From Candidatus Omnitrophota bacterium (GTDB lineage: Bacteria > Omnitrophota > Gorgyraeia > Gygaellales > Profunditerraquicolaceae), in contig JAGVER010000007.1 in assembly GCA_020058085.1 (NCBI GenBank), forward strand, positions 7,969 to 71,968: a stretch of DNA of 64,000 bases. Direction: 5' to 3'. Within the stretch, counting starts at the first letter, position 1, and the number at the start of each line of letters is the position of its first letter. Of this stretch, positions 35,730 through 44,461 are shown piece by piece. The notes below the pieces were generated by a model. That model searched no databases and was not told the origin of the DNA. It saw nothing but the letters and a program-made list of their open reading frames with translations. Position numbers and translations under genes: made by a program.

Positions 35730-37832
35730 ATGGGTGGTTTTGATTTGTTATTATTAGCACCGGTAGGTTCAATTTTAGCTTTAGGTTTTGCTTTTTATCT
35801 GGCCCTAAGCATACTTAGGATGGACGAAGGCACAGATAAGATGAAGGAAATTGCTCAGGCAGTTCGTGTAGGCGCTCAGGCATATTTAAAAAGGCAATAC
35901 TTAGGTGTTTCCATATTTTTCGTGGTTGTATTTCTTATTCTTCTGGCTATGGCCTTGAAGAATTACTTAGTAATTTTTGTTCCATTTGCTTTTTTAACCG
36001 GAGGTCTCTTCTCAGGTTTGTCCGGTTTTATTGGAATGAATATTGCCACCCAATCTTCTAACCGTACTGCTCAGGCTGCTTCTAAGAGTTTGAATTTAGG
36101 TTTACGTGTTGCCTTTTCGAGCGGTGCAGTAATGGGCTTAACAGTCGTAGGGTTAGGCCTCTTAGATTTAAGTGTCTGGTACTATTTTCTAAACTGGTAT
36201 TATTCTTGCCATCCGATTCCTCTTGGAACGGATAAGATTGCTGCGATTACCTCTACTATGCTTTGTTTTGGTATGGGCGCTAGCTCAATGGCGTTGTTTG
36301 CCAGGGTAGGTGGTGGCATCTTTACTAAGGCTGCGGATGTGGGAGCGGATTTAGTCGGAAAAGTAGAAGCAGGTATTCCTGAAGATGATCCACGTAATCC
36401 GGCAGTCATCGCTGATAATGTGGGTGATAATGTCGGCGATGTTGCGGGTATGGGTGCCGATCTATATGAATCATATGTTGGTTCAATTGTAGCTACTTCT
36501 GCTTTGGGTGTTGCTGCTGGATTAGGTGTAGCCGGTGTAACTGTGCCAATGGTTATGGCAGCTGTGGGTGTTGTCGCCTCAATCATTGGAACTTTTTTTG
36601 TAAAAAGTGGCGAGCAGGCCAGCCAAAAAATATTGCTTGCAGCTTTAAGAAAAGGTGTATTTACCAGTTCGTTACTAGTTGCGGTAATTTCATATTTTCT
36701 AGTTAAAGTAACTTTAGGAGTTGAACATCTAGGGGTTTACTGGTCAGTTCTAGCAGGTTTAATCGCTGGTGTATTGATTGGTTTATGTACAGAGTATTAT
36801 ACTTCCAGTGGATTTAAACCGACTCGTTCCATTGCTGATGCTTCTTTAACCGGCCCAGCAACTGTAATCATCGGAGGTATCGCGGTAGGTATGATGTCTA
36901 CTGCAATACCGGTAATTATTGTATGTGTTGCTATTTTGGTAAGTTTCTACTTATCTGGTGGGGGAGCAAACTTTAATGCCGGACTTTATGGTATTGCAAT
37001 TTCTGCGGTAGGTATGCTTTCCACTTTAGGTATAACTTTAGCTACTGATGCCTATGGCCCGGTTGCGGATAATGCCGGAGGAAATGCGGAGATGGCTAAA
37101 CTACCTCCAGAAGTAAGGAAGAGAACTGACGCATTGGATTCTTTGGGTAATACTACCGCGGCAACCGGTAAAGGTTTTGCTATTGGTTCAGCAGCATTAA
37201 CAGCATTAGCCTTGATCGCTGCTTATAAAGATCAAGTTATGCTCTTTGGGAAAGATATTAATGCGAGCATGATGAACCCCACGGTATTAGTAGGTTTATT
37301 TCTAGGTGGGATGTTGCCATTCTTATTCTGTTCCATGACTATGCGTGCAGTGGGTAGGGCAGCAGGTAAAATTGTTGTTGAAGTGCGCAGGCAGTTTAAG
37401 GAAATAGTCGGTATTATGGAAGGGAAAGCCAAACCGGATTATGCGCGTTGTGTAACTATTGCAACCGCGGCAGCGCAGAAAGAGATGATTGCCCCGTCAC
37501 TTTTGGCTATCGTTGCTCCTATAGGCGTAGGGTTGTTAATAGGTATTGATGCAGTTGCCGGTCTTCTCATGGGCGCAACCGTTACTGGGTTTGTTTTGGC
37601 GGTTATGATGGCTAATTCCGGCGGTGCTTGGGATAATGCCAAGAAATTTGTTGAAGAGGGGCATCATGGAGGTAAAGGGTCAGCTGCACATAAAGCTACG
37701 GTAGTTGGTGATACTGTAGGTGATCCGTTTAAGGATACTTCCGGGCCGAGCTTAAATATTTTGATTAAGCTTATGTCCATGGTTTCTATTGTATTTGCTT
37801 CGTTCATTATTAAAAATACGTTAATCAAGTAA
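35730..37832 (+). CDS. hppA: Membrane-bound proton/sodium-translocating pyrophosphatase
   Basis: [52 protein letters not shown] motifs; 700 aa polytopic. Confidence 0.93.
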   Translation: MGGFDLLLLAPVGSILALGFAFYLALSILRMDEGTDKMKEIAQAVRVGAQAYLKRQYLGVSIFFVVVFLILLAMALKNYLVIFVPFAFLTGGLFSGLSGFIGMNIATQSSNRTAQAASKSLNLGLRVAFSSGAVMGLTVVGLGLLDLSVWYYFLNWYYSCHPIPLGTDKIAAITSTMLCFGMGASSMALFARVGGGIFTKAADVGADLVGKVEAGIPEDDPRNPAVIADNVGDNVGDVAGMGADLYESYVGSIVATSALGVAAGLGVAGVTVPMVMAAVGVVASIIGTFFVKSGEQASQKILLAALRKGVFTSSLLVAVISYFLVKVTLGVEHLGVYWSVLAGLIAGVLIGLCTEYYTSSGFKPTRSIADASLTGPATVIIGGIAVGMMSTAIPVIIVCVAILVSFYLSGGGANFNAGLYGIAISAVGMLSTLGITLATDAYGPVADNAGGNAEMAKLPPEVRKRTDALDSLGNTTAATGKGFAIGSAALTALALIAAYKDQVMLFGKDINASMMNPTVLVGLFLGGMLPFLFCSMTMRAVGRAAGKIVVEVRRQFKEIVGIMEGKAKPDYARCVTIATAAAQKEMIAPSLLAIVAPIGVGLLIGIDAVAGLLMGATVTGFVLAVMMANSGGAWDNAKKFVEEGHHGGKGSAAHKATVVGDTVGDPFKDTSGPSLNILIKLMSMVSIVFASFIIKNTLIK

Positions 37833-37844
37833 TTTTACTGTGCA

Positions 37845-37873
37845 ACACCCGACCCTATCTGAAGGGTCGGTGT
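37845..37873 (+). terminator. Hairpin downstream of hppA (terminator candidate)
   Basis: acacccgaccct-atctga-agggtcggtgt; the T-run comes only about 27 nt later. Confidence 0.35.
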
Positions 37874-37908
37874 ACGCTTCTGCGTAAAAATGGTGTCCCT
37901 TTTTTTGT

Positions 37909-37922
37909 TTCCGTGGTATAAT
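37909..37922 (+). promoter_or_regulatory. Extended -10 promoter candidate placing the TSS at or next to the sigma-factor ATG
   Basis: TGgTATAAT ends at 37922, 7 nt before ATG 37930; no SD in between. Confidence 0.4.
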
Positions 37923-37929
37923 TTGAACC

Positions 37930-38535
37930 ATGGATGATCTGGAGTTTGTCCGCCAGTTTATTGAAGGGGAGAGCCAAGCCAGAGATCAGTTCATAAAACG
38001 TTATTCCCGCCTTATCTACAACTATATCCAACATGTTCTGGGAGTGAAGGGTTTTAAAGATCCCTCTAGTTATGCCGACGATATATTCCAAGGTTTCATC
38101 GCTTTTCTTATAGACGAAGATTGTAAGAGGCTAAGGGCTTTTAAAGCTAAGAACGGAGCGACCCTTGCTACTTGGATCAGGTATTTGGCTATAAACTTTA
38201 CTCGGGATTACCTGCGTAAGGTTAAACCTGTTTTTTCTCTTGATACTGAAACGGAGGGAGGCATAAGCCTTAAAGATATGCTTGTAGATGATTCTTTCTC
38301 TGTCATTGAGGAACTCTCAAAAGAGGAGGAGTCTAAGGCGTTGGATGATTGCGTTGATTTGCTGAATAGTGAAGATAAATATTTTTTAGAGTTAAATTTT
38401 AATCAAAAGGTCAGTCTTGAAATTATGAGGGATTTCCTCAAACTTACTCGCGGAGCTATAGATATGCAAAAAGCACGCCTTATGAAGAGGTTGAAAGACT
38501 GTTTTAAAAGTAAAGGTTTTGAGTTAGATTTTTGA
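37930..38535 (+). CDS. ECF-type sigma-70 family factor
   Basis: Region 2 (DIFQGFIAFL...ATWIRYLAINFTRDYLRK) and region 4 HTH (SLEIMRDFLKLTRGAIDMQKARLMKRLK). Confidence 0.8.
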   Translation: MDDLEFVRQFIEGESQARDQFIKRYSRLIYNYIQHVLGVKGFKDPSSYADDIFQGFIAFLIDEDCKRLRAFKAKNGATLATWIRYLAINFTRDYLRKVKPVFSLDTETEGGISLKDMLVDDSFSVIEELSKEEESKALDDCVDLLNSEDKYFLELNFNQKVSLEIMRDFLKLTRGAIDMQKARLMKRLKDCFKSKGFELDF

Positions 38536-38570
38536 TTCGGTTACGTCTATTATATTAGGAGTAGTATAAG

Positions 38571-39272
38571 ATGCCTAAAGATCTAGAGGGGTTAATTCTG
38601 CTGGTCTATAGAAGATGGAAGGAGCGTCATTTAAAAATGGAGGAAGATCATCCAGATGAAGAAGCTCTCATTTCTTTTCTGGAAGGTAAATTGCCTTTGG
38701 AAGAAGCTGAGGCGTTTAAGGTGCATTTGACCCGTTGTGAAGACTGCGCTGAAGTTGTAGGTTTAAGTCTGACCTCCTCTAATACTCCGGATAACGAACT
38801 TCCCGTTAGGCTGGTTAATCTCGCTAGGGAAAAGTTCGGGGTAAAGGATGCTCCGGCGTTAGAGATTATTTTAAAGCTTAAGGAGAAGATGCTCGAGGTT
38901 TTAAGCGCCAGCGGTGAAATACTCTTAGGCCAGGAGATGCTTCCTGCTGCAGTATTGCGCAGTAGGAATATCAATGAATTCAAAGACGAGGTTGTCATAT
39001 TAAAGGATTTTAAGGATATTAGAGTCCAGATAAAAATAGAGAATAAATCCGGTAAATATTTTAATCTTAATATACAGGCGAAGAGTAAACAGGGTAAAGA
39101 GGTGATCAAAGATTTAAGGGTTACTTTATTTAAAGAAGATATAGAGCTGGAGTCTTATTTGAATGATTCAGGGGTAGTTATCTTTGAGCATGTGCTTTTA
39201 GGCAAGTATAAGGTTGAGCTGGCGGATTTAGAAAGAAATCTCGCTTCAGTGCTTTTAGATGTGAGGGTTTAG
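38571..39272 (+). CDS. Zinc-finger (HxxxCxxC) anti-sigma factor candidate, no TM segment
   Basis: HLTRCEDCAE motif about 50 aa from the N-terminus; directly follows the ECF sigma gene; beta-rich C-terminal domain. Confidence 0.6.
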   Translation: MPKDLEGLILLVYRRWKERHLKMEEDHPDEEALISFLEGKLPLEEAEAFKVHLTRCEDCAEVVGLSLTSSNTPDNELPVRLVNLAREKFGVKDAPALEIILKLKEKMLEVLSASGEILLGQEMLPAAVLRSRNINEFKDEVVILKDFKDIRVQIKIENKSGKYFNLNIQAKSKQGKEVIKDLRVTLFKEDIELESYLNDSGVVIFEHVLLGKYKVELADLERNLASVLLDVRV

Positions 39273-39280
39273 AAAGCAAA

Positions 39281-41461
39281 ATGCCGCAAGAGAGCGCAAT
39301 AACTTTAGAGATAATTCGCGAAGGCGATATTCTTAAGATGAGTGTCTCTGAACATAGAGAGCTTTCCGCTACATTGAGGCATTACAGCCAGCATAAGGTC
39401 GATTTCTCGGAAGTCGATAAGCTCTGCCACGAAGTTACCTTGCTTTTGAATAAGCCTGACCTTAGCGACCCATCGCTTTCGAAAAGCCTAGAAAAAACAG
39501 CCCATGCACTCTGGGATCATTTACTTACGCGTTCGGTCAAAGAAAAGCTTCGCCAGAGTTTAAATTATAACTTACTTCTTGAGATTGATGAAGAGTTGAT
39601 TTTTATCCCTTGGGAGCTTCTCTACGATGGTGATAATTTCTTATCTCTTAGTTTTAACCTCGGGCGGTTAGTGAGGACCCAATCTAAAGCTCCGTCTCTC
39701 GATTACCGCAGTTTAAGCCACGTATTTAAGATGCTCGTCTTGGCTAATCCTACCAATGACTTAAAGGCTTCGTATTTTGAAGGATTAAATATCAGAAATC
39801 AGTTCGACCGCAAACATCGCAATATCCGCATTGATTTTAAATCTACCAATATTGATAAGCTATATGTAAAGAAAAATATCTGTGACTATGATATTGTGCA
39901 TTTTGCCGGACACTGCGAGTATGGCTATCATAATACTAAGGAGAGCGGATGGGTATTAAGTGATGGAAATTTTAGTGTTCAGGATATTCTCAGGCTCGGA
40001 TCAGGGTCATCACTTCCAACATTAATATTTAGCAATGCCTGTCATTCCGCACCTTTATCAAAAGAGGGTTTAATCGATAGGGATTACCAGAGGAAAAATT
40101 ATTCTCTTGCCGGCGCGTTCTTATTCTCCGGAGTGCGCCATTATATCGGGTCGATAAGGAAGATCGAGGATACAGCGAGCTTGGCTTTTGCAAAAGAATT
40201 TTACCATAATTTAACGCTAGGTAAATCTTTGGGCGCTAGTCTGCGTTTAGCTAGGCTTAGATTAGTTAAGGATTATGGCATTTCTTCGATGCATTGGGCA
40301 AATTATCTGCTTTATGGCGATCCCGGTTTTATTCTTTTTAAACCAAAGCCGAATACTAAGTCTAAGAAAAAAATAGTTTTACCTAAAAAATGGCTCATTC
40401 GATCACTCTTAATATCGCTATTGACGATTGCATTAATATCTCTGTATTTTTTGCTCCCGACTATCAATCCAAGTGCCTATATTCTATTTTTAAAGTCAAA
40501 GGCGCTTTTTGCTAAAGGGGCTAACCAAGAGGTTATAACTATAGGTAAAAACATTATTGCCAAGGATAAGAATTTCTTGGATATTTATCCTATACTTGCA
40601 GATACTTATCATAAGCTAGGGGATAGGGATAATGCAATCAAATATTATTTTGATTATGTGCTTGTTGCCCAGAAGATGAACGATAGCAAGCATCTCGCAG
40701 CTGCCTATATATCTATTGGTTGGTTTTATCATTTGGACGGGGAATATAGAAAAGCCAAGGAATTTTATGATAAAGCGCTTAATTTGAGCAGAAAGCTCAA
40801 AGATAAGTTAAATGAGGCAGTGGCACTTAGGAAACTGGCAGTCTGGAATATCGATAATAACAATAATGATTTAGCATTGGAGTTGCTTATTAAGAGTTCC
40901 GAGATCAATCGCCAGAGGCAGCATCTTAACGCGTATCGTTATAATCTTGCTTGTGATTATTTTGATATAGGTTTGGTTTTTAGCAATAAGAACGATTTTG
41001 CTGCTGCTGAAGAGTTTTATCGTAAAAGCCGTAAGCTTTTTGAGAAGGTTAACCTTAAAAACGAGCTAAGTGATTATTATTTCAATTTAGGTGAACTTTA
41101 CTCTTTTGAGAAGCAATATGAAAAAGCGCTGGTTTCTTATCTTACTGGCCTAAAAATAGACCGGGATCAGGGAAATAAAAGGAGCCTAGCTTCAGATTAT
41201 AATATGATCGGAGAGCTCTACCTGGAGATGGATAGATTTATTGAGGCTGAATCCAATTTTAACCAGGCGTTAACTATCTCTGAGGAGATCGGATCTCGCC
41301 CAGGTATAGCCGGGACTTATTATAATCTAGGCATTTTGTATAAAAAACTAGGGAGAAAGAATAGGTCTAAGGAAAATCTACGTAAGGCGCAGGAGATTTA
41401 CGGGGTTATTGATCCCTCAGCTTATGAAGAGACAAAAAAAGAGATATTAAGCTTAGATTAA
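39281..41461 (+). CDS. CHAT (caspase-like) protease domain - TM helix - TPR repeat protein
   Basis: VHFAGHCEY (His) and LIFSNACHSA (Cys) dyad; basic stretch plus TM helix WLIRSLLISLLTIALISLYFLL; about 8 TPR-like repeats at the C-terminus. Confidence 0.75.
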   Translation: MPQESAITLEIIREGDILKMSVSEHRELSATLRHYSQHKVDFSEVDKLCHEVTLLLNKPDLSDPSLSKSLEKTAHALWDHLLTRSVKEKLRQSLNYNLLLEIDEELIFIPWELLYDGDNFLSLSFNLGRLVRTQSKAPSLDYRSLSHVFKMLVLANPTNDLKASYFEGLNIRNQFDRKHRNIRIDFKSTNIDKLYVKKNICDYDIVHFAGHCEYGYHNTKESGWVLSDGNFSVQDILRLGSGSSLPTLIFSNACHSAPLSKEGLIDRDYQRKNYSLAGAFLFSGVRHYIGSIRKIEDTASLAFAKEFYHNLTLGKSLGASLRLARLRLVKDYGISSMHWANYLLYGDPGFILFKPKPNTKSKKKIVLPKKWLIRSLLISLLTIALISLYFLLPTINPSAYILFLKSKALFAKGANQEVITIGKNIIAKDKNFLDIYPILADTYHKLGDRDNAIKYYFDYVLVAQKMNDSKHLAAAYISIGWFYHLDGEYRKAKEFYDKALNLSRKLKDKLNEAVALRKLAVWNIDNNNNDLALELLIKSSEINRQRQHLNAYRYNLACDYFDIGLVFSNKNDFAAAEEFYRKSRKLFEKVNLKNELSDYYFNLGELYSFEKQYEKALVSYLTGLKIDRDQGNKRSLASDYNMIGELYLEMDRFIEAESNFNQALTISEEIGSRPGIAGTYYNLGILYKKLGRKNRSKENLRKAQEIYGVIDPSAYEETKKEILSLD

Positions 41462-41468
41462 TTTATCT

Positions 41469-41539
41469 ACTTGACCTCACTTGCGTTCGGTCAAGTATTT
41501 CGCTAGATCAAGACTTAAGGTGCTCAACTTGACAAAAGC
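41469..41539 (+). repeat. Intergenic repeat family F1, copy B
   Basis: See the copy at 1332-1434; includes the hairpin tacttgacc...ggtcaagta and a terminal TTGACA box. Confidence 0.6.
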
Positions 41540-41559
41540 TTAAAAAATATGTTATACTT
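41530..41559 (+). promoter_or_regulatory. Sigma70-type promoter candidate
   Basis: TTGACA (41530-41535), 18-nt spacer, TATACT (41554-41559). Confidence 0.5.
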
Positions 41560-41644
41560 AAGTGTAAATTGACATTTTGACAATTTGGTATTTTGACCTA
41601 TGGCTTTGGCTTTTGGAGCCAAACCATGGTCAACTGACCTACTG

Positions 41645-41735
41645 AAAAGGCAAACTAGCAGTAATGCTGGGGCGCAAAACTTCCGGCCCTGCACTAATTT
41701 TTGAGATTAGCGCAGGGCAGCGGAGTTGCCAAAAG
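41645..41735 (+). promoter_or_regulatory. Candidate c-di-GMP-I (GEMM-I) riboswitch aptamer
   Basis: AGGCAAAC, then hairpin CUAGCA-GUAA-UGCUGG (GNRA loop), GGCGCAAAAC, a long P3 hairpin (CUUCCGGCCCUGCACUAAU...AUUAGCGCAGGGCAGCGGAG), and GUUGCC. Parallels the remembered Vc2 aptamer: GGGCAAAC..GAAA..GACGCAAAGC..P3..GUUACC. Confidence 0.6.
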
Positions 41736-41740
41736 GATGA

Positions 41741-41771
41741 AACCCTAAGATTTCCTTTTAGGGTTTTTTTG
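41741..41771 (+). terminator. Rho-independent terminator (probable riboswitch expression platform)
   Basis: aaccctaa-gatttcct-tttagggtt followed by tttttt. Confidence 0.7.
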
Positions 41772-41839
41772 TCTCTTGGCCCCGGCTGAACTACTAGTAA
41801 CTGGGGTTTTGCTTTGTAGGGTAGAAAAGGAGGAGAAGA

Positions 41840-41944
41840 TGAGAAGAATGAACCGGAGGATAAGCAGGAAGACCAAAAGAATCCATAAAAGGCATCCTAA
41901 TTTCTTGCAGGCCATAAGGTTATACTTAGAGATGCCGGCATAAG
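41840..41944 (+). CDS. Small basic ORF (34 aa), hypothetical
   Basis: MRRMNRRISRKTKRIHKRHPNFLQAIRLYLEMPA preceded by the strong SD AAAGGAGGAG; no recognisable family. Confidence 0.3.
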
Positions 41945-41987
41945 GATCAAGAAAGACCTTGACTTTCTTAGGGAAGGGGGGTAAAAT

Positions 41988-42242
41988 ATGGCAAAAGTCG
42001 AGCGGCAGATTATGGCACACAGGGTTATAACTATGTTAGGCCGTGAGGAGATAGATTTTTTAGATAAGTTAGGGAAAGATGCTCTTTTTTCAACCGGGCA
42101 CAAGCTTTCTTATAATGAAATACTCCGCGGTTTAATTGATTTTGCCATGGAGGCGGGTATTTCAGGTGATAATATAGATTCGCCTAGGACTTTGAAGCTT
42201 AAATTGAAGGAGCAGGCGAGCCGAATTGAGGGTCACAATTAA
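41988..42242 (+). CDS. Hypothetical small protein (possible ribbon-helix-helix fold)
   Basis: 84 aa, AAGGGGGG RBS; a beta-strand then helices pattern at the N-terminus; no motif recognised. Confidence 0.45.
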   Translation: MAKVERQIMAHRVITMLGREEIDFLDKLGKDALFSTGHKLSYNEILRGLIDFAMEAGISGDNIDSPRTLKLKLKEQASRIEGHN

Positions 42243-42257
42243 TGAAGGAGGGTAAAA

Positions 42258-42689
42258 ATGAAGAAAAACACCATATTTATTTTGATTTTAGTCTCCATTA
42301 TCTCGCTGCTCTTTAATACTAATGTTAAGGCAGATTATGAAGGGGATGAGTATATTGATTTTGGCGAAATTAAGAGGTTACCGGTTGTGAATCTAGATAA
42401 GGTTCCTTATGGGCAAAAAGCAATTAACAAGCTTGATAGGGGAGTAATTAATGCCGCGACATTCTGGCTGGAGGTCCCTGCTGAAGTTGCCAAGGTATCT
42501 AATGAACAGGATCCACTTATGGGCGTTTCAGTTGGGGTTGTTCATGGTTTAGTTGCTAGTGTTTTTCGCGCCGGTTCAGCGGTTTTCGACACAGTTACTT
42601 TCTTTGCTCCGCCTTACGATAAACCGGTAGTTAAACCTGAATACGCTCTTAATCGTGCTGATAGGGAGATAAAAGAGCTTTTCTGGTAG
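42258..42689 (+). CDS. Secreted protein resembling the exosortase-system-associated TIGR04073 family
   Basis: Signal peptide; KLDRGVINAATFWLEVPAEV matches the remembered KLxRGxxNxxxGWxExP signature. Confidence 0.55.
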   Translation: MKKNTIFILILVSIISLLFNTNVKADYEGDEYIDFGEIKRLPVVNLDKVPYGQKAINKLDRGVINAATFWLEVPAEVAKVSNEQDPLMGVSVGVVHGLVASVFRAGSAVFDTVTFFAPPYDKPVVKPEYALNRADREIKELFW

Positions 42690-42708
42690 TATCTGATTAA
42701 GTAATCTG

Positions 42709-42752
42709 GGGGCACTCTTAGCGTTAAAGTTAAGAGTGCCCTATTTTTTTTG
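42709..42752 (+). terminator. Rho-independent terminator
   Basis: gggcactcttaNNNNttaagagtgccc stem followed by tattttttttg. Confidence 0.7.
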
Positions 42753-42801
42753 CGTTAGATTTACCTGCCTCTTACGTCTATTATTGTAGGAGGTGGTAAA
42801 G

Positions 42802-44379
42802 ATGAAGAAAGGAATGTATTTTTGGAGTGGTAGTATCTTCTGTTTTTTGTTTATGGCCGGGTCTTTGTGCTGGGCTGGTGATAGTTGGCAGGATATAGGA
42901 AAAGAGTTGTTAAATGCAAAAGCCCTCCTTATCAATCCGATTAACCCTAAAATTATCTATGTAGGTACAGATAGGGGTATATTTAAGTCTGAAGATGCGG
43001 GAAATAACTGGAGAAATATATTCTTAACTAAAGGTGACAAGAAGACGGTAAACCTGTTGATCTTTGATCTTAAGGGTAGCAATAGTATATATGCTGCTAC
43101 AGGTTCAGGGTTATTTTATAGCTCCAATAATGGCTCGAAGTGGAAGAGGGTATTTAGAGGAAAGAATGATCTTGAAGCCGATTGTTTGGCTCTGGCTATT
43201 CTGCCCAGTGGTATGTATTTAGGAACGAGGCAGGGGTTATTTACGAGCCAGGATAAAGGGCGTTCTTGGCATAAAGAATCAGGCAAATTAGGCAATTCTA
43301 AAATATTTAACATTGTATACTCTTCTCAAGATCAAGCCTCTCTCTATATTGCTTCTGCAGATGGGGTATTTAAAAGTATTAATTCTGGTAAAGTCTGGGA
43401 AAGAATTTTTGTGGCTCATCTTACGGAGAAGAGTAAAGAAGTTGATAACGGGTTTGAGGATAATGATCAGGACAAAGAAGTAAAAGTTTCTGAGATTAGA
43501 TACCTGGCAGTTGACCCGAATAATCCAAAGTATTTATATCTAGCTACCAGCCGCGGGATTTATGAAAGTAAGGATGGTGGTATAAGTTGGGAGATTTTTC
43601 CTACATTTGGATTACTTAGCCGAGATTTGTATTTTTTGTTGTTTTCAAGACAATCAGAGTTTTATTGTATAGGTAAATCCGGAATTTTTACCTATCAGGA
43701 TTCTGCTTGGCAAGAATTATCCTTTACCCTTAGCTCAAGCCAGATTAATTTTATAACTTTAGATAAGGATGCTTATCTATACGCTTGTGCGGAGAAAGGA
43801 TTATTTAAGTTAGGATTAGGCCATAGCTATAATTTTGCGAGAGCTGATACTCTCACAGGATATTTTAAAGATGAACCCAATATCGGAGAGGTCCAGAAGG
43901 CTGCTATTAAATACGCTGAAGTTGATCCGGAGAAGATAATGCGCTGGAGAAAACAAGCAGCTAAAAAAGCATGGTTGCCGCAGTTAAGCGCTAACCTCGG
44001 CAGAAATACTACTGATCTTTGGCATTGGGAGGGAGGGTCTACTATTAAAGTAAGTGATGATGAATTAAGGCGTGGGAGGGATAGCTTGGATTGGGATCTG
44101 GGTTTAAGTTGGGATTTAAGTGAGCTTATTTGGAGTACTGATCAGACTTCAATAGACGTGCGTTCAAAGCTTATGGTAGAACTGCGTAATGATCTCTTGG
44201 ATGAGGTAAACAAGATATACTTTGAGCGTATCCGCGTTAAGATGGAGCTGGATAATTTATCTATTGAAGATAGAAAGAAGCGTTTTGAAAAAGAATTGCG
44301 CCTAAGAGAGTTAACTGCTTCAATTGACGCCCTTACGGGAGGGTATTTTTCGCAACAACTTGCCAAGAAGAAAACCTAA
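42802..44379 (+). CDS. Secreted BNR/Ycf48-like beta-propeller repeat protein with a charged C-terminal domain
   Basis: Signal peptide; at least 5 repeats of the G(I/L)(F/Y)xSxDxGxxW type (GIFKSEDAGNNW, GLFYSSNNGSKW, GLFTSQDKGRSW, GVFKSINSGKVW, GIYESKDGGISW). Confidence 0.6.
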   Translation: MKKGMYFWSGSIFCFLFMAGSLCWAGDSWQDIGKELLNAKALLINPINPKIIYVGTDRGIFKSEDAGNNWRNIFLTKGDKKTVNLLIFDLKGSNSIYAATGSGLFYSSNNGSKWKRVFRGKNDLEADCLALAILPSGMYLGTRQGLFTSQDKGRSWHKESGKLGNSKIFNIVYSSQDQASLYIASADGVFKSINSGKVWERIFVAHLTEKSKEVDNGFEDNDQDKEVKVSEIRYLAVDPNNPKYLYLATSRGIYESKDGGISWEIFPTFGLLSRDLYFLLFSRQSEFYCIGKSGIFTYQDSAWQELSFTLSSSQINFITLDKDAYLYACAEKGLFKLGLGHSYNFARADTLTGYFKDEPNIGEVQKAAIKYAEVDPEKIMRWRKQAAKKAWLPQLSANLGRNTTDLWHWEGGSTIKVSDDELRRGRDSLDWDLGLSWDLSELIWSTDQTSIDVRSKLMVELRNDLLDEVNKIYFERIRVKMELDNLSIEDRKKRFEKELRLRELTASIDALTGGYFSQQLAKKKT

Positions 44380-44461
44380 AACCTCTTGCAATTTTTCCCT
44401 GATTGTGATAATTTATAAAAACCTCGCCATATATTAACCCTTGATAGAAAAGGAAAAAACT

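Noticed and set aside
41675-41700. SRP (4.5S) RNA on the minus strand, prompted by the string GGCCGGAAG
   Set aside because: The flanking sequence does not form the helix-8 symmetric/asymmetric loops or the GGAA-closing pairs. The + strand GEMM-I-like reading explains the region better.
41745-42020. Minus-strand 91-aa ORF with a TM-like segment in the otherwise non-coding 41.7-42.0 kb region
   Set aside because: It has a GTG start with no RBS. It reads through the + strand terminator hairpin and overlaps the SD-equipped + strand ORFs at 41840 and 41988. It is probably a shadow of the purine-rich + strand.
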